NCBI GenBank assembly: GCA_963750165.1
Contig: CAVVPN010000012.1
Location: 480,001 to 544,000 of the forward strand
Reading direction: 5' to 3'
Origin: an uncultured Gemmataceae bacterium
Lineage (GTDB): Bacteria > Planctomycetota > Planctomycetia > Gemmatales > Gemmataceae
Length of the DNA stretch: 64,000 nucleotides
The notes under the pieces were generated by a model that saw only the letters and a program-made list of their open reading frames with translations, searched no databases and was not told the origin of the DNA. A program made the position numbers and the translations under genes. Positions 9,880-20,425 of the stretch are shown here, one piece after another (the first letter of the stretch is position 1; each line of letters starts with the position of its first letter).

Positions 9880-10374
9880 TTAACTCTCCGCCCGCGTGAT
9901 GACCGGGAAGTTGTGCCGTTCGCCCTTGCCGCGCAGCGGATAGTCCTTGCGCAGCGGGTACGCGGTGAACTCCTCCGGCATCAGGATGCGGCGCAAGTCC
10001 GGGTGGCCTTCAAACACGATGCCGTACATGTCGTAGACCTCACGCTCCAGCCAGTCGGCCCCCTTCCACAGGTCGAAGGCCGTCGGCAGCGTCAGGTCCG
10101 GCTCGTTCACGAACGTCTTGACCCAAACGCGCTCGCCGCTGCTGATGTTGAGCAGCCCATACACCACACCGAAGCGGTCGCGGGCGCCCGGGTAGTTCAG
10201 GTAGTCCGCGGCGGTCATTTCCGCGAGCATGTCAAAGCCGCACTGGTTCTTGAGGACTTCGAGGAACGCATGCAGCTTGTCCGGCGCCACGTGGACGCGG
10301 CGGTTGTCGCGAAACTGCGACGTGGTGAAACTGCCTTCGCCGAAGCGCTCGCGCAGGACGGTTTCGTAACTCAT
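9880..10374 (-). CDS. nuoC: NADH-quinone oxidoreductase subunit C
   Basis: EREVYDMYGIVFEGHPDLRRIL and PLRKDYPL. Confidence 0.96.
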   Translation of the reverse strand: MSYETVLRERFGEGSFTTSQFRDNRRVHVAPDKLHAFLEVLKNQCGFDMLAEMTAADYLNYPGARDRFGVVYGLLNISSGERVWVKTFVNEPDLTLPTAFDLWKGADWLEREVYDMYGIVFEGHPDLRRILMPEEFTAYPLRKDYPLRGKGERHNFPVITRAES

Positions 10375-10451
10375 GATCAACCTCAACGTGGGGCAGACAT
10401 TCCTGTCTGCCAGGTGCTACGGCAGACAGGAATGTCTGCCCCACGATCAAG

Positions 10452-11040
10452 TCACTTCCCCCGCAGCCGGGTCGCCGATGCGAAGTCACCGGGCGCCACC
10501 AGTGCGTTCTCCGGGATGAACGTCACCGGACTCGGCCCCTCGGACCGTGTCCGCTTTGCGAACTCCGTGCCGTTGACCGTGCCGGTCTTGCTAATCACCT
10601 GCTCCTGCAGGTCGATGACCGCTTGCAGCAGCTGCTCGGGCCGCGGCGGACAGCCCGGCATGTACAGGTCCACCGGCATGAAGCGGTCCACGCCCTGCAC
10701 AACCGCGTAGGTGTCGAAAACGCCGCCGGTCGAGGCACAGGCACCCATCGAAATGCACCACTTCGGTTCCGTCATTTGCAGCCAGATGCGCTGCAGCACC
10801 GGCATCATTTTCATGACCACACGACCGGCGACGATCATCAAATCGCACTGCCGGGGGCTGAAGCGCATCACCTCGGCGCCGAAGCGGGCGATGTCGTGCG
10901 CGCGAGGCGCCGGTGGCCATTAGCTCGATGCCGCAGCAGGCCGTCGCGAACGGCATCGGCCACAGACTGTTCTTGCGCACCCAGTTGGCCAGGTGGTCCA
11001 GGCGACTCAGCACGACGTTCTCGGGCAGGTCTAACGCCAC
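10452..11040 (-). CDS. nuoB: NADH-quinone oxidoreductase subunit B; apparent frameshift near 10905
   Basis: [17 protein letters not shown] in one frame; [14 protein letters not shown] and PGCPPRPE in another. Confidence 0.93.
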
Positions 11041-11444
11041 TTGAACACCCCCTTTCGCCAGTCGTAGACGTAAGCCACCGCCAGCAGGGCCAGGAAAATC
11101 AGCGCGCCCCAAAAGCGGTACGGTTTGAACGCCAGGAACGCCTCGCGTTCCGCCTCCGGCACGGTGCCGTAACTGATCACCGCCCAGGGGTACAGGAACA
11201 GCAATTCCACGTCGAAAACCAGGAACATGATGGCGATCAGGTAAAATTTCACGTCGAAGCGCTGCCGGGCGTCGCCGACCGGGTCCATGCCCGATTCGTA
11301 GGGCATCTGCTTGACGGGAGTGCGGCGGCGCGGGCCGATCGTCTGCGCCATCAGCAGCGCCGTGGCCGCGAAGCCTACGATCACCACCAGGTAGATGAAG
11401 ACCGGGAAGTACAGCGATAGATCGAACGCTTGTTGTGGCGGCAC
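11031..11444 (-). CDS. nuoA: NADH-quinone oxidoreductase subunit A
   Basis: PYESGMDP and FYLIAIMFLVFDVELLFLYPWA. Confidence 0.95.
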   Translation of the reverse strand: MPPQQAFDLSLYFPVFIYLVVIVGFAATALLMAQTIGPRRRTPVKQMPYESGMDPVGDARQRFDVKFYLIAIMFLVFDVELLFLYPWAVISYGTVPEAEREAFLAFKPYRFWGALIFLALLAVAYVYDWRKGVFKWR

Positions 11445-11721
11445 GTCCAGCCCCCTTACCGGCGAATCCAGCCCGGCCGACTTCGTGACTTTTTTCACGA
11501 ATCCGCTCAAAAAGAAACCCGACCGAGAAGGTCGAGGTTTGTGGTCGCTCGGGTGATCCTACTTTCATCAATACGGGGGTGGGGGGTGTCGGTCAAGGAG
11601 CAGGCTGGGAAGGCAGTTGTTGGTTTGGGCGAGCGGCGCGGCGTGAGCCCGCCGGTGATTGGAAGTACCGGCGCCCTTTTCTTATGAGGGGCGACGGCGC
11701 CGCGCCGCTCGCCCAAGGGGC

Positions 11722-13660
11722 TCAGCGGCCCAGCACCGCCGGCGGCACCCGGACGGCGAGCGTGGGCGGCAGCGCCTCCGGCCAGCCCATCGCCTGGGTG
11801 TTCGCGGCGGGTGCTTCCGATGCCTCGGTCAAGAGCACCGTCCCGGACTCCACCTCCAGCAGCTCGGCGTGCAAGATCCAGACGTAGCCGCCGCCCGCCC
11901 GCCACACGAGACGACCGGTGACCTCGAACACGGCATCCACGCCCAGGCGTTTGCCGGTGCGCCGGCCCTCGGACCAGGCCGCTTCCGGTCCCGCCTCGGT
12001 CGGCACCGCCTTGACGCGGGTGATGGCGCCGGGCGGCACCACCGTCAGCCGTCGGTCCCGTGACAGGGCGATCGCCAGGTTGCGGGTCACCCCTTCTGCG
12101 GTCATGTTCAGCGTGGAAATGTACTTGTTTGAATTGCCATCGTCCTGGAGGGGCACGTACGGCAGCACCGCGACGTGGGTCAGCCCCCGCTGGCCGCGCA
12201 GCAGCCGCAGCGGCCAGCGCTCGCTCAACTCCTTGAGGAGCTTTTTCTGTAGCGGCGCGAACTGCGCCGCCGGCCACTCGTAAAACGCCGTCTCACGGAA
12301 GACCTCCGACCACACCAGGTCGCCCGTGTGCGCGTCCACCAGCTCCAGGGTAGTGGCCACCTTGTGGTCCGCGGAAAATTCGACGGCGCCGCGCAGCACC
12401 AGGCGCGCGCCGGGTTGCCGCGCCGTCTTGCCCAGGGCCGCGGCGCCGGGGAGCACCTTCAGGCCCAGCTGCACCGCCAGGTGCCGTTCCAGCAGCTTGT
12501 GTAGACCGGCCGCGTAAGTTCCACCTCCGGACCCCGGCTTGCTCTTTTTCAGCGCGACGGGCAGCGGTTTGGTCTCCAGGGGCAGCACCGCGATGGCCAG
12601 CGCGTCCGTGGGCTTCGGTGCTGGTTTGTCCCCGGGCAGGAGGAAGTGCCGGTCGTGCGGAGGTGGCTTTTCGTCCTTCGGCCCCGGGCTCTCTTTCCGC
12701 GGTTGGGCCTGGCCATCGACTGGCCTGGCGGGTTCGGCGACCGGCGGCCGGGCCAGAGTGTAGGCCACCCCCGCCAGGGCGATCAGGCCAAGCGCCAACC
12801 CCGCCAGTCCTAACCATAGCGGCGCGGGTCGCGCCACCAGCGGATTCGCGACGGGCGCGGGCGGCGGGATTGCTGGGACGGCCTCCGCGGGCGTGGACAC
12901 GGGCGGCGCCGGTTCGTGGGCCAGCGGGATCGGCGCAGGCGCAGGCGTCGGCACAGGCCAAAGGCCGAACTCCACCGCCGCGCGCCGCGACAGCAGCACG
13001 ACCCACGTCAGCACGGCGTACGCCAGCAGCACCAGGCCCGCGGCGAGCACGCCGGCGGAGCGCCCGGCGTTGAACAGACAGGCGACGCCCTCCAGCCCGC
13101 CGAGCGCGGCGAGCACCAGGGCGAGGACACGGCCCCAGCGGCGCCGGGCCAGCACGCCCGCGCCGGCCAGCAGCAGGGGCAGCCCCTGCAACATCGAGCA
13201 GCCCGCCGCGATGGCAACCACGGTGGCGACCATGCCGGCCAGGCCGGAGGCCACGACGTTGGCCCCTTCCCGGACCTGTTTGCCTTCCGCGCCGGCCAGG
13301 CTGGCGGCGTCGTCGCGCGCCTGCAGCAGCCCCGACACCAACTGCGCCCCGGCGATCAGCAGGTAGACTCCCCAGACGACGTACAGGCCGCCCAGCACCA
13401 GCTGGCCGGCGCCGACGGCGGTGACCGGCCAGGCGCGGCGGCGCACCGGACCGCGCGGGACGGGGCGGCGCTATGGGTTCCGGCACGGGTTCTGCCGGCG
13501 GTGCGGCGGCCAGGGCGCCGAGCCGGCCCTTGCGGTGCTCCTTCAGCGCAGCGCTGATGAGGTGCTGGGGGATCTGTTTGCCGCAATGGTCGCACCAGCC
13601 CTCGTCAATATCCTTGTCGGGCAGGGGGACGTTGCAGTTGGGGCATGTGAGCGGGTGCAT
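11722..13660 (-). CDS. Membrane protein: Zn-ribbon, multi-TM region and two TolB_N/FlgO-like domains; apparent frameshift near 13450
   Basis: CPNC...CDHC N-terminus; hydrophobic helices; IAVLP and VAVLP repeats each followed by LELVD/ELLEV strands. Confidence 0.6.
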
Positions 13661-13818
13661 GGACGTGGCTCCGCGGGTGGGACGGTGCCGACGGGCACCC
13701 TTCCCCACCCGGCCACTGTACCACAGCGCCGGCGCATTGCCACAAAGTATCCGGGCAATTGCTACAACAGCCCCGGAATCCGATCCGCCGCTTTCTCGGA
13801 GGGCTTATGCAGAATTCC

Positions 13819-14181
13819 ATGACCACGACGACGTTCACCCTTGAGGGCTACCGCGTCATCAAGAACCTGGGGCTGGTGCGCGGCATCTCGGTGCGCTCGC
13901 GCTCGGTGATCGGCACCTTCGGCGCCTCGCTGCAAACGCTGTTTGGCGGTAACATCTCGCTGTTCCAGTCGCTGTGCGAGAAGACACGCAGCGAGTCGTT
14001 CCGCCTGATGCTGGAGCACGCCGAGGAGATGGGCGCCAACGCCATCGTCGGCGTGCGCTACGACGCCAACGAGATCATGCAGGGCGTCACCGAGGTGCTG
14101 TGCTACGGCACCGCCGTGGTGGTCGAGACGCTGCCGGCGGCACGGCCGACCACGGAAATCGCCGCCCAGCTGCCGCTGTGA
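13819..14181 (+). CDS. YbjQ/UPF0145 family putative heavy-metal-binding protein
   Basis: [18 protein letters not shown] and YGTAV. Confidence 0.9.
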   Translation: MTTTTFTLEGYRVIKNLGLVRGISVRSRSVIGTFGASLQTLFGGNISLFQSLCEKTRSESFRLMLEHAEEMGANAIVGVRYDANEIMQGVTEVLCYGTAVVVETLPAARPTTEIAAQLPL

Positions 14182-14190
14182 GGGAACGTT

Positions 14191-14943
14191 ATGTCCGCAT
14201 TGCGTCTGTTGCTGGAGGTCGCCGCCGCGTCGGTCGAGGACGCGCTGACGGCGGCGGCTGGCGGCGCCGACCGCATTGAGTTGAACGCGGCACTGGCGCT
14301 CGGCGGTCTGACGCCATCGCCGGGCACGCTGCTGGAGGTGCGCCAGGCCGTGCGGCTGCCGGTGCTGGTGATGCTGCGGCCGCGGCCCGGCGGCTTCGCG
14401 TACAGCGCTGCCGACCGCCGGGTGCTGCGCCGCGACCTGGACTGGGCGCTGGCAAATGGCGCGGATGGCGTGGTCTTCGGCGTGCTGCACGAGGACGGCA
14501 CGGTGGACGTGGACCGTTGCCGTGAACTGCTGCGGCAGTGCGGCGGCCGGCCGGCGGTGTTTCATCGCGCCTTCGACGTGACGCCGGAGCCGTTCGCGGC
14601 CCTGGAACAACTGATCGACCTGGGCTTCGCGCGGGTGATGACCAGCGGCCAGGAAGAGACGGCGTACCAGGGCGCCGCGCTGATCGCGGCGTTGATCCGT
14701 CGCGCCGCCAACCGCATCGAGGTGCTGCCGGCGGGCGGTGTCAATCGCTTCACGCTGGCCGACGTGGTGGCGCGCACCGGCTGCACACAGGTGCACGCCT
14801 CGCTGCGCGGCGGGCGTGCGGATCGCTCGGTGGCGGCGCGGCCGCAGGTGTCGTTCGGCGGCGCCTGGCGGCCACCGGAGGACCGCTTTGACACGACGGA
14901 CCCGGAACTGGTCGCCGACCTGCGGCGCCGGCTGGATGGTTAA
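14191..14943 (+). CDS. cutC: CutC family protein
   Basis: GADRIEL, GGLTPS, MLRPRPGGF, FHRAFD and RVMTSG. Confidence 0.95.
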   Translation: MSALRLLLEVAAASVEDALTAAAGGADRIELNAALALGGLTPSPGTLLEVRQAVRLPVLVMLRPRPGGFAYSAADRRVLRRDLDWALANGADGVVFGVLHEDGTVDVDRCRELLRQCGGRPAVFHRAFDVTPEPFAALEQLIDLGFARVMTSGQEETAYQGAALIAALIRRAANRIEVLPAGGVNRFTLADVVARTGCTQVHASLRGGRADRSVAARPQVSFGGAWRPPEDRFDTTDPELVADLRRRLDG

Positions 14944-15079
14944 GCGCTGACCTCCGCTGTCAAGCCCCATTTTTTCTCCCCTCGCTCGACCGCTGCGACC
15001 GCGGTATAATTCCACCATCGGCGGCCCGTTCTCGGGCCGTCGTCTCTTCCCGATCTCCGCGCAGGAGGAATTCCCGATC

Positions 15080-16465
15080 ATGTCGCGCTGGAACTTAGCC
15101 TGGCTGCTCGGCATCACGGCGGCCAACTTCATCGCCCTGGCCGTGCTGCAGAGCGCCCCGTCGCAGGGCCCCCTTCAGAACAAACACGAAAACTACCGCC
15201 TCATGGTCGAGGCCATTGAGGAGGTCGATCAGAAGTACGTCAAGCCGCTCAACAAGGAGCGCATGCGTGAGCTGTTCGAGGACATGCTCAACCTCGGTCT
15301 GGAGCAACTCGACCCGCACTCCGGCTTCATCAATGCCGAGGAATACAAGCACTTCCTGAAGACCAGCAAGGGCAAGTTCGGCGGCGTCGGCATCAAGATC
15401 GGCATCGATCGCGCCCGGCAGATCTTCGTCGAGAGCCCGATTGTCGGCACCCCGGCCTACGAGGCCGGCATCGAGGCCGGCGACCTCATCCTCAAGATCG
15501 ACGGCACCTCGACGGAGAACATGTCGCTCAAGAAGGCCATCGAGCTGATCCAGGGCGAGCCCGGCCAGAAGATCACGCTGAACGTCCTGCACGAGAGCGG
15601 CGAGAAGCCGGTGGACATTACCATCAAGCGCGCCGAAATCCTGATCGACAGCGTGATGGGCGACGCGCGCGTGGCCGACAAGCTGCAGGAATGGGACTTC
15701 ATGCTGGATCGGCAGAGCAAGATCGCCTATGTCCGCATCACGCAGTTTACCGAGACGACCGCGGGCGACCTGGCGAAGGTGGTCGAGCAGTTGCAGAAGG
15801 ACGGCGTCAAGGGCCTGGTGCTGGACCTGCGCACCAACCCGGGCGGTCTGCTGCGCTCGGCGGTGGAGGTCAGTTCGCTGTTTTTGCCGGAGGGCAAACG
15901 CATCGTCAGCACCAAGGGCCGCAACGGTAAGGGCGAGACCTACGAGGCCAAGCGCTTCCCAGGCGCGCCTGCGCCGGTGGTGGACGTGCCGATTGTCATC
16001 CTGCTCAACCGCTACAGCGCCAGTGCCAGTGAGATTGTGGCGGCGGCGCTGCAGGACCACGCGCGGGCGGTCATCGTCGGTGAGCGCAGTTACGGCAAGG
16101 GCAGTGTGCAGAACATCATCCCGCTGGAGGGCGGCACGACGGCCCTGAAGCTGACGACGGCCAGCTACTGGCGGCCGAGCGAGAAGAACATCCACAAGTT
16201 CCGCGACAGCAAGGAAGAGGACGAGTGGGGCGTCAAGCCGAACCCCGGCTTCGAGGTCAAGTTGACGGACACGGAGCGAGCGGGTTACTACCGCTACCGG
16301 CGCGAACGCGACGTGATCCGTAAACCCGGCGTGACGCCGGAGACGGACCAGCGCTGGCTGCTGGTGCCGTGGAACATCGAGGTGCTGCGACCGGCGCCGT
16401 ACAAGGATCGGGTGCTGGAGCGGGCGCTGGAGTATCTGCGCGGCGAGGTCCGCAAGGACGGATAA
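15080..16465 (+). CDS. S41 family C-terminal processing peptidase with PDZ domain
   Basis: LDPHS, LDLRTNPGG, SASASEIV and GKGSVQ. Confidence 0.95.
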   Translation: MSRWNLAWLLGITAANFIALAVLQSAPSQGPLQNKHENYRLMVEAIEEVDQKYVKPLNKERMRELFEDMLNLGLEQLDPHSGFINAEEYKHFLKTSKGKFGGVGIKIGIDRARQIFVESPIVGTPAYEAGIEAGDLILKIDGTSTENMSLKKAIELIQGEPGQKITLNVLHESGEKPVDITIKRAEILIDSVMGDARVADKLQEWDFMLDRQSKIAYVRITQFTETTAGDLAKVVEQLQKDGVKGLVLDLRTNPGGLLRSAVEVSSLFLPEGKRIVSTKGRNGKGETYEAKRFPGAPAPVVDVPIVILLNRYSASASEIVAAALQDHARAVIVGERSYGKGSVQNIIPLEGGTTALKLTTASYWRPSEKNIHKFRDSKEEDEWGVKPNPGFEVKLTDTERAGYYRYRRERDVIRKPGVTPETDQRWLLVPWNIEVLRPAPYKDRVLERALEYLRGEVRKDG

Positions 16466-16596
16466 GACCGGGAACGCGATCCACAGATAACACAGAGAAA
16501 CGCAGATAAAGACAATTATATTTGTATTCTTTGTCTTTATCTGCGTTCCTCTGTGTCATCTGTGGATCGCGTCTTTTTTTAGGGCCTGTGTGAAAA

Positions 16597-16655
16597 GTAG
16601 GTGCCGCGAGCCGAGCGGCACCCGCTGCGGGTCCGGCTCGGCTCGCCGGACCTAC
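16597..16655. repeat. Palindromic repeat GTAGG...CCTAC
   Basis: Imperfect inverted repeat between convergent genes. Confidence 0.6.
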
Positions 16656-16670
16656 TTTTCGCACAGCCAC

Positions 16671-17978
16671 TTAGCCTGCCAGCGGGTCGCGCTCCACCAG
16701 GTACTGGAAGCGTGTGCGGAACTGCTCCGGCGTCATGCCCGAAGCCTCCGCGATCAGCGCCAGCCGCGCCGACTCCTCGAAGTCGCGCCGCTCCAGACGG
16801 ATCATGTAGCGCCGGGCGCACTCGTAGCCCTCACCCTCCACGTCCACCTTGCGCGTCTTCATCCGCTTGGTCTCGGGGTTGAGCATATCGTCGAACGGCA
16901 ACGGCAACATGCGGCCCTCGGTGAAACTGATGATCGCCCCGAAGTGCGCCGCCCGCTCCGAACGCAGAAACTTGACCGCTCCATAGCCCAGGTCGCGCGT
17001 GTACTCCGCGTCGAACGGGATTGGGTCGGCGCAACGCAGCTCGTAGCCCAGATCCTTGTCGATGAACGTGGTCTTCTGCGGGTGGTTCTCCAGCTGCTTG
17101 GTCAGCTTGTCCTTGACCATGCGACCAAAGTCGATCTCGCCCAGGCGCAGGTGGCCGTGCGGGTCGCGCACCACCGTGCCGTAGCGGCCCTGCGCCTCCT
17201 CGACCACCTTCGCCAGCGCCTCCTGACCGATGGATTCGATCAGCCCCTCCGCCAGCACCACCACGCCGTAGTGCGAGCCGCGCGCCGCGCGCTTGGCGAT
17301 CGAGCCGTGGATCAGGTCGCAGATTTCGTCGAGGGTCACACGCCGGCCGCGGAACTCCTCCGGGATGATCGTCAGCGTCGCCGCCGCCGCCTTGCCGATG
17401 CCCAGCGCCAAATGCCCCGCCGCCCGGCCCATGCTCACGATCACGTACCAGCGCGAGGTCGTCCGCGCGTCCTCGGCCAGGTTGCGAACGATGAGCACGC
17501 CCAGCTGCCGGGCCGTCTCGAAGCCGAACGTCGGCGTCGAACCGGGCAGGGGCAGATCGTTGTCGATGGTCTTGGGCACGTGCGCGACACTGATGCGGCC
17601 CAGCGCACTCTTGCAGACCTGACTGGCCGAGTAGGCGGTGTCGTCGCCACCGATGGTCACCAGGGCGTCGATCTCCAGCCGGCGGAACGCCTCCAGCACC
17701 CGGTCCATGTCGCCGGGGTTCCTGGTCGGGTTGGTCCGCGAGGTGCCCAGCATGGAGCCGCCGCGCAGATGGAAGCCCTTGACGTCGTCGATGGTTAGCT
17801 TGCGGATGTGGTCCGTCGAGCCCTTGACCAGGTGTTTGAAGCCGTCGCGGGCGCCGTAGACTTCGATGCCGTGGTTGATCGCCTCAATGGTCACGGCGCT
17901 GATGACGCCGTTGATGCCCGGTGCGGGCCCGCCGCCAACCAGCAACGCCAGTCGGCTGATCCGCTCTGCACTGCTCAT
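16671..17978 (-). CDS. pfp: Phosphofructokinase, PPi-dependent signature
   Basis: GGGPAPG, GGDD and PKTIDND (Asp/Lys pair typical of PPi-PFKs), MGR. Confidence 0.88.
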   Translation of the reverse strand: MSSAERISRLALLVGGGPAPGINGVISAVTIEAINHGIEVYGARDGFKHLVKGSTDHIRKLTIDDVKGFHLRGGSMLGTSRTNPTRNPGDMDRVLEAFRRLEIDALVTIGGDDTAYSASQVCKSALGRISVAHVPKTIDNDLPLPGSTPTFGFETARQLGVLIVRNLAEDARTTSRWYVIVSMGRAAGHLALGIGKAAAATLTIIPEEFRGRRVTLDEICDLIHGSIAKRAARGSHYGVVVLAEGLIESIGQEALAKVVEEAQGRYGTVVRDPHGHLRLGEIDFGRMVKDKLTKQLENHPQKTTFIDKDLGYELRCADPIPFDAEYTRDLGYGAVKFLRSERAAHFGAIISFTEGRMLPLPFDDMLNPETKRMKTRKVDVEGEGYECARRYMIRLERRDFEESARLALIAEASGMTPEQFRTRFQYLVERDPLAG

Positions 17979-18167
17979 CAAACTCCCTCCGCTAAGGTGC
18001 TGTCACCCCGAGCGCCCTGAGTTGAGCCCGGTGGTCCCCTCTCTGTTAGTTTGGCCAGGGGCGCAAAAAATGGCAATGGCACCCGCCGCCGCGCGAAGTC
18101 GGGCAAGGTGGACGGCCGGCGCCGGGCCCGGGGCGGGCGCCGCGGCGGAAAGTTGGGGCGTCACCTC

Positions 18168-18196
18168 TTGCGAGCGGGCTGCCGGGCGAAGATAAT
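18168..18196 (+). promoter_or_regulatory. Putative sigma70 promoter of tRNA-Ser
   Basis: TTGCGA-N17-GATAAT about 45 nt upstream of the tRNA. Confidence 0.5.
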
Positions 18197-18240
18197 GTAC
18201 GTTAAGATGTTGGGCGTTCCCGGCGGTGGCCGTGCGCCCT

Positions 18241-18325
18241 GGAGGGGTGGCAGAGTGGCCGATTGCACTGGTCTTGAAAACCAGCAACGGGAAACCGTTC
18301 GAGGGTTCAAATCCCTCCCCCTCCG
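18241..18325 (+). tRNA. tRNA-Ser(TGA)
   Basis: GGAGGGG/CCCCTCC acceptor stem, CTGGT-CTTGAAA-ACCAG anticodon arm, long variable arm, GGTTCAAATCC T-arm. Confidence 0.97.
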
Positions 18326-18462
18326 CTCTCGGCACGCCTTCGAGCGGCCTCGTGCGCCTTTGGCACCAACGGCCGGGACTCTCCTGCGCCTGGACGGCAG
18401 CCGGTTTGTGGGGGTGCGCCGCGGCCCGTGCCGGTTCACTACTTCTCGGGAGCCTGAAACCC

Positions 18463-19086
18463 ATGGCGGACGCGCAAGCCACTGTGTTCCTTGTTGATGA
18501 CGATGCCAACATTCGCAACGCCATCACCGTCCTGATCCAGTCGGTCGGCCTGCCGCTGATCGCCTACAGCACGGCCACGGAGTTCCTGGAGAAGTACGAC
18601 GGCCGGCCCGGTTGCCTGGTCCTGGACGTGCGTATGCCGGGCATGAGCGGCCTGGAACTGCAACAACGCCTGAACGAACAGGGCCGGCCGCTGTCGGTCA
18701 TCATGATGACCGGCCACGCCGACGTGCCCATGACCGTTCGCGCGGTCAAGGCCGGCGCCATTGACTTTCTGGAGAAGCCCTTCAACGATCAGGTGCTGCT
18801 GGAGCGCGTCCACCAGGCGCTGGAGCAGAACGTCCAGGCCCGGCAGCGGCAGGTGGAGCGCGACGTGGTGCTGACGCGGATGGCGAAACTGACGCCGCGC
18901 GAACGCCAGGTGCTCGACCTGGTGGTGCGCGGCTCGACCAACAAGGCCATCGCCACGCAGTTAAAGATCAGCCGCAAGACGCTGGACATCCACCGCGCCA
19001 AGGTCATGCAGAAAATGGAGGCCGAGAGCATCGCCCAGCTGGTCAACATGGCGCTGCTGGAGCACCCGGCCGGCAACCCGGTCTAA
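18463..19086 (+). CDS. FixJ/LuxR family response regulator
   Basis: VDDD, LDVRMPGMSG, TGHADV, FLEKPF and LTPRE..HTH. Confidence 0.93.
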   Translation: MADAQATVFLVDDDANIRNAITVLIQSVGLPLIAYSTATEFLEKYDGRPGCLVLDVRMPGMSGLELQQRLNEQGRPLSVIMMTGHADVPMTVRAVKAGAIDFLEKPFNDQVLLERVHQALEQNVQARQRQVERDVVLTRMAKLTPRERQVLDLVVRGSTNKAIATQLKISRKTLDIHRAKVMQKMEAESIAQLVNMALLEHPAGNPV

Positions 19087-19323
19087 TCCGGCGGACAAGG
19101 TTGGTTATGCTCGGACCAGCGCTCGCGTCTGTACGTCCGGACATCAGTAAAACTTTCTACACTTGCCGGCGCTGCTTGCGCTCCATAGATAAGGAGAAAT
19201 GCAAGGGTGTGACAGCACCCCGCCGAAAACCGTCTTCACCAGTCTGGTGCCAGGTTGCCGGCGGTGCGGACCTGGTGGTTACTCGCAACCGAACCAAGGA
19301 TCGCGGCGCAGCCCGACGTGCTC

Positions 19324-19698
19324 ATGTGTACCCCTCCGTCCTCGCTATACGAGCAGCTCGGCGGCCTGGCTGTGCTGTCATTTATCATCGAGCGCTTTTA
19401 CGACCGTGCCTTGGCGGACGAGCAGGTCAAGAGCCTCCTCGCCGGCCTGGACGTGGCCGCCCTCAAACGTAAACAGCTCGCCTTCCTGAGCCGAGCGCCG
19501 GGCGCTCCCCCGGTCGATGCCCCCCTCGAGTTCGCGACTTCAACGGTCAGTCTGACGGCCCGACAGGTGAACCGGTTGCTGGAGCACTTCCTCGCCGCCC
19601 TGGTTGCCGCCGCGGTGCCCCGGATTTTGATGGAACAGGCCGCCGACGCCTTCGTCCACCTGGCCCCCAGTTTCGTCTCCCTTGACACCCCCGCCTGA
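19324..19698 (+). CDS. Group I truncated-hemoglobin-like protein lacking proximal His
   Basis: SLYEQLGG, FYDRALAD and LKRKQ..FL match trHbN; F8 position reads Thr. Confidence 0.7.
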   Translation: MCTPPSSLYEQLGGLAVLSFIIERFYDRALADEQVKSLLAGLDVAALKRKQLAFLSRAPGAPPVDAPLEFATSTVSLTARQVNRLLEHFLAALVAAAVPRILMEQAADAFVHLAPSFVSLDTPA

Positions 19699-19718
19699 CG
19701 CGGCCGCACGGCGTCCGC

Positions 19719-20354
19719 TTATGGCGCCAGGCGTTCGACCACCCAGATTCCCTGCGGAGCGCGCCGGTAACACAGGCGGTCGTGCAGCCGGTTGAGCCGG
19801 CCCTGCCAGAACTCGACGCGCTCGGGCCGGACACGGTAGCCGCCCCAGAACGGCGGCCGCGGCACCGGCTGGTCCGCGAAGCGTTCGGTGACCTCGCGCA
19901 CCGAACGCTCCAGGGCGGCGCGATCCGCCAGCACCTGGCTCTGCGGCGACGCCCACGCCCCCAGGCAGTTGCCGCGCGGCCGGGCCGCGAAGTACGCATC
20001 CGACTCCGCCGCCGCCACCCGCTCCACGTCCCCCTCGACGCGCACCTGCCGTTCCAGCGCTTCCCAGAAGAAAACCAGGGCGGCGCGTGGGTTGTCCGCC
20101 AGTTCGCGGCCCTTGTGGCTGTCGTAGTTGGTGTAGAAGACGAAGCCGCGCTCGTCGTAGTCGCGCAGGTAGACGATGCGCGCCGACGGCCGGCCGTCAG
20201 CGCTGGCGGTGGCGAGGGTCATGGCCTCGGCGTGCGGCAGGGCGGCGGCCAGCGCCTGGTCGAACCAGCGACGGAACTGCGTGATCGGGTCCGCGGCGAC
20301 CTGCGCCTCGTGCAGTTCGCCGCGGGTGAATTGCTCGCGGTCGGGCAGAGACAT
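19719..20354 (-). CDS. pdxH: Pyridoxamine 5'-phosphate oxidase
   Basis: [10 protein letters not shown] and [13 protein letters not shown]. Confidence 0.96.
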   Translation of the reverse strand: MSLPDREQFTRGELHEAQVAADPITQFRRWFDQALAAALPHAEAMTLATASADGRPSARIVYLRDYDERGFVFYTNYDSHKGRELADNPRAALVFFWEALERQVRVEGDVERVAAAESDAYFAARPRGNCLGAWASPQSQVLADRAALERSVREVTERFADQPVPRPPFWGGYRVRPERVEFWQGRLNRLHDRLCYRRAPQGIWVVERLAP

Positions 20355-20425
20355 GGAAAGCCTTTCATCTTCCTCCCCTCTCCCCCTGCCAGGGGGAGAG
20401 GGGTCGGGGGTGAGGGGGTTTCACT

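Noticed and set aside
707..11040. nuoJ and nuoB as true pseudogenes
   Set aside because: Both halves are intact and conserved within an otherwise unbroken operon; assembly indels are more parsimonious
18226..18462. N-terminal extension of the response regulator ORF
   Set aside because: It reads through tRNA-Ser; the receiver domain begins at ATG 18463
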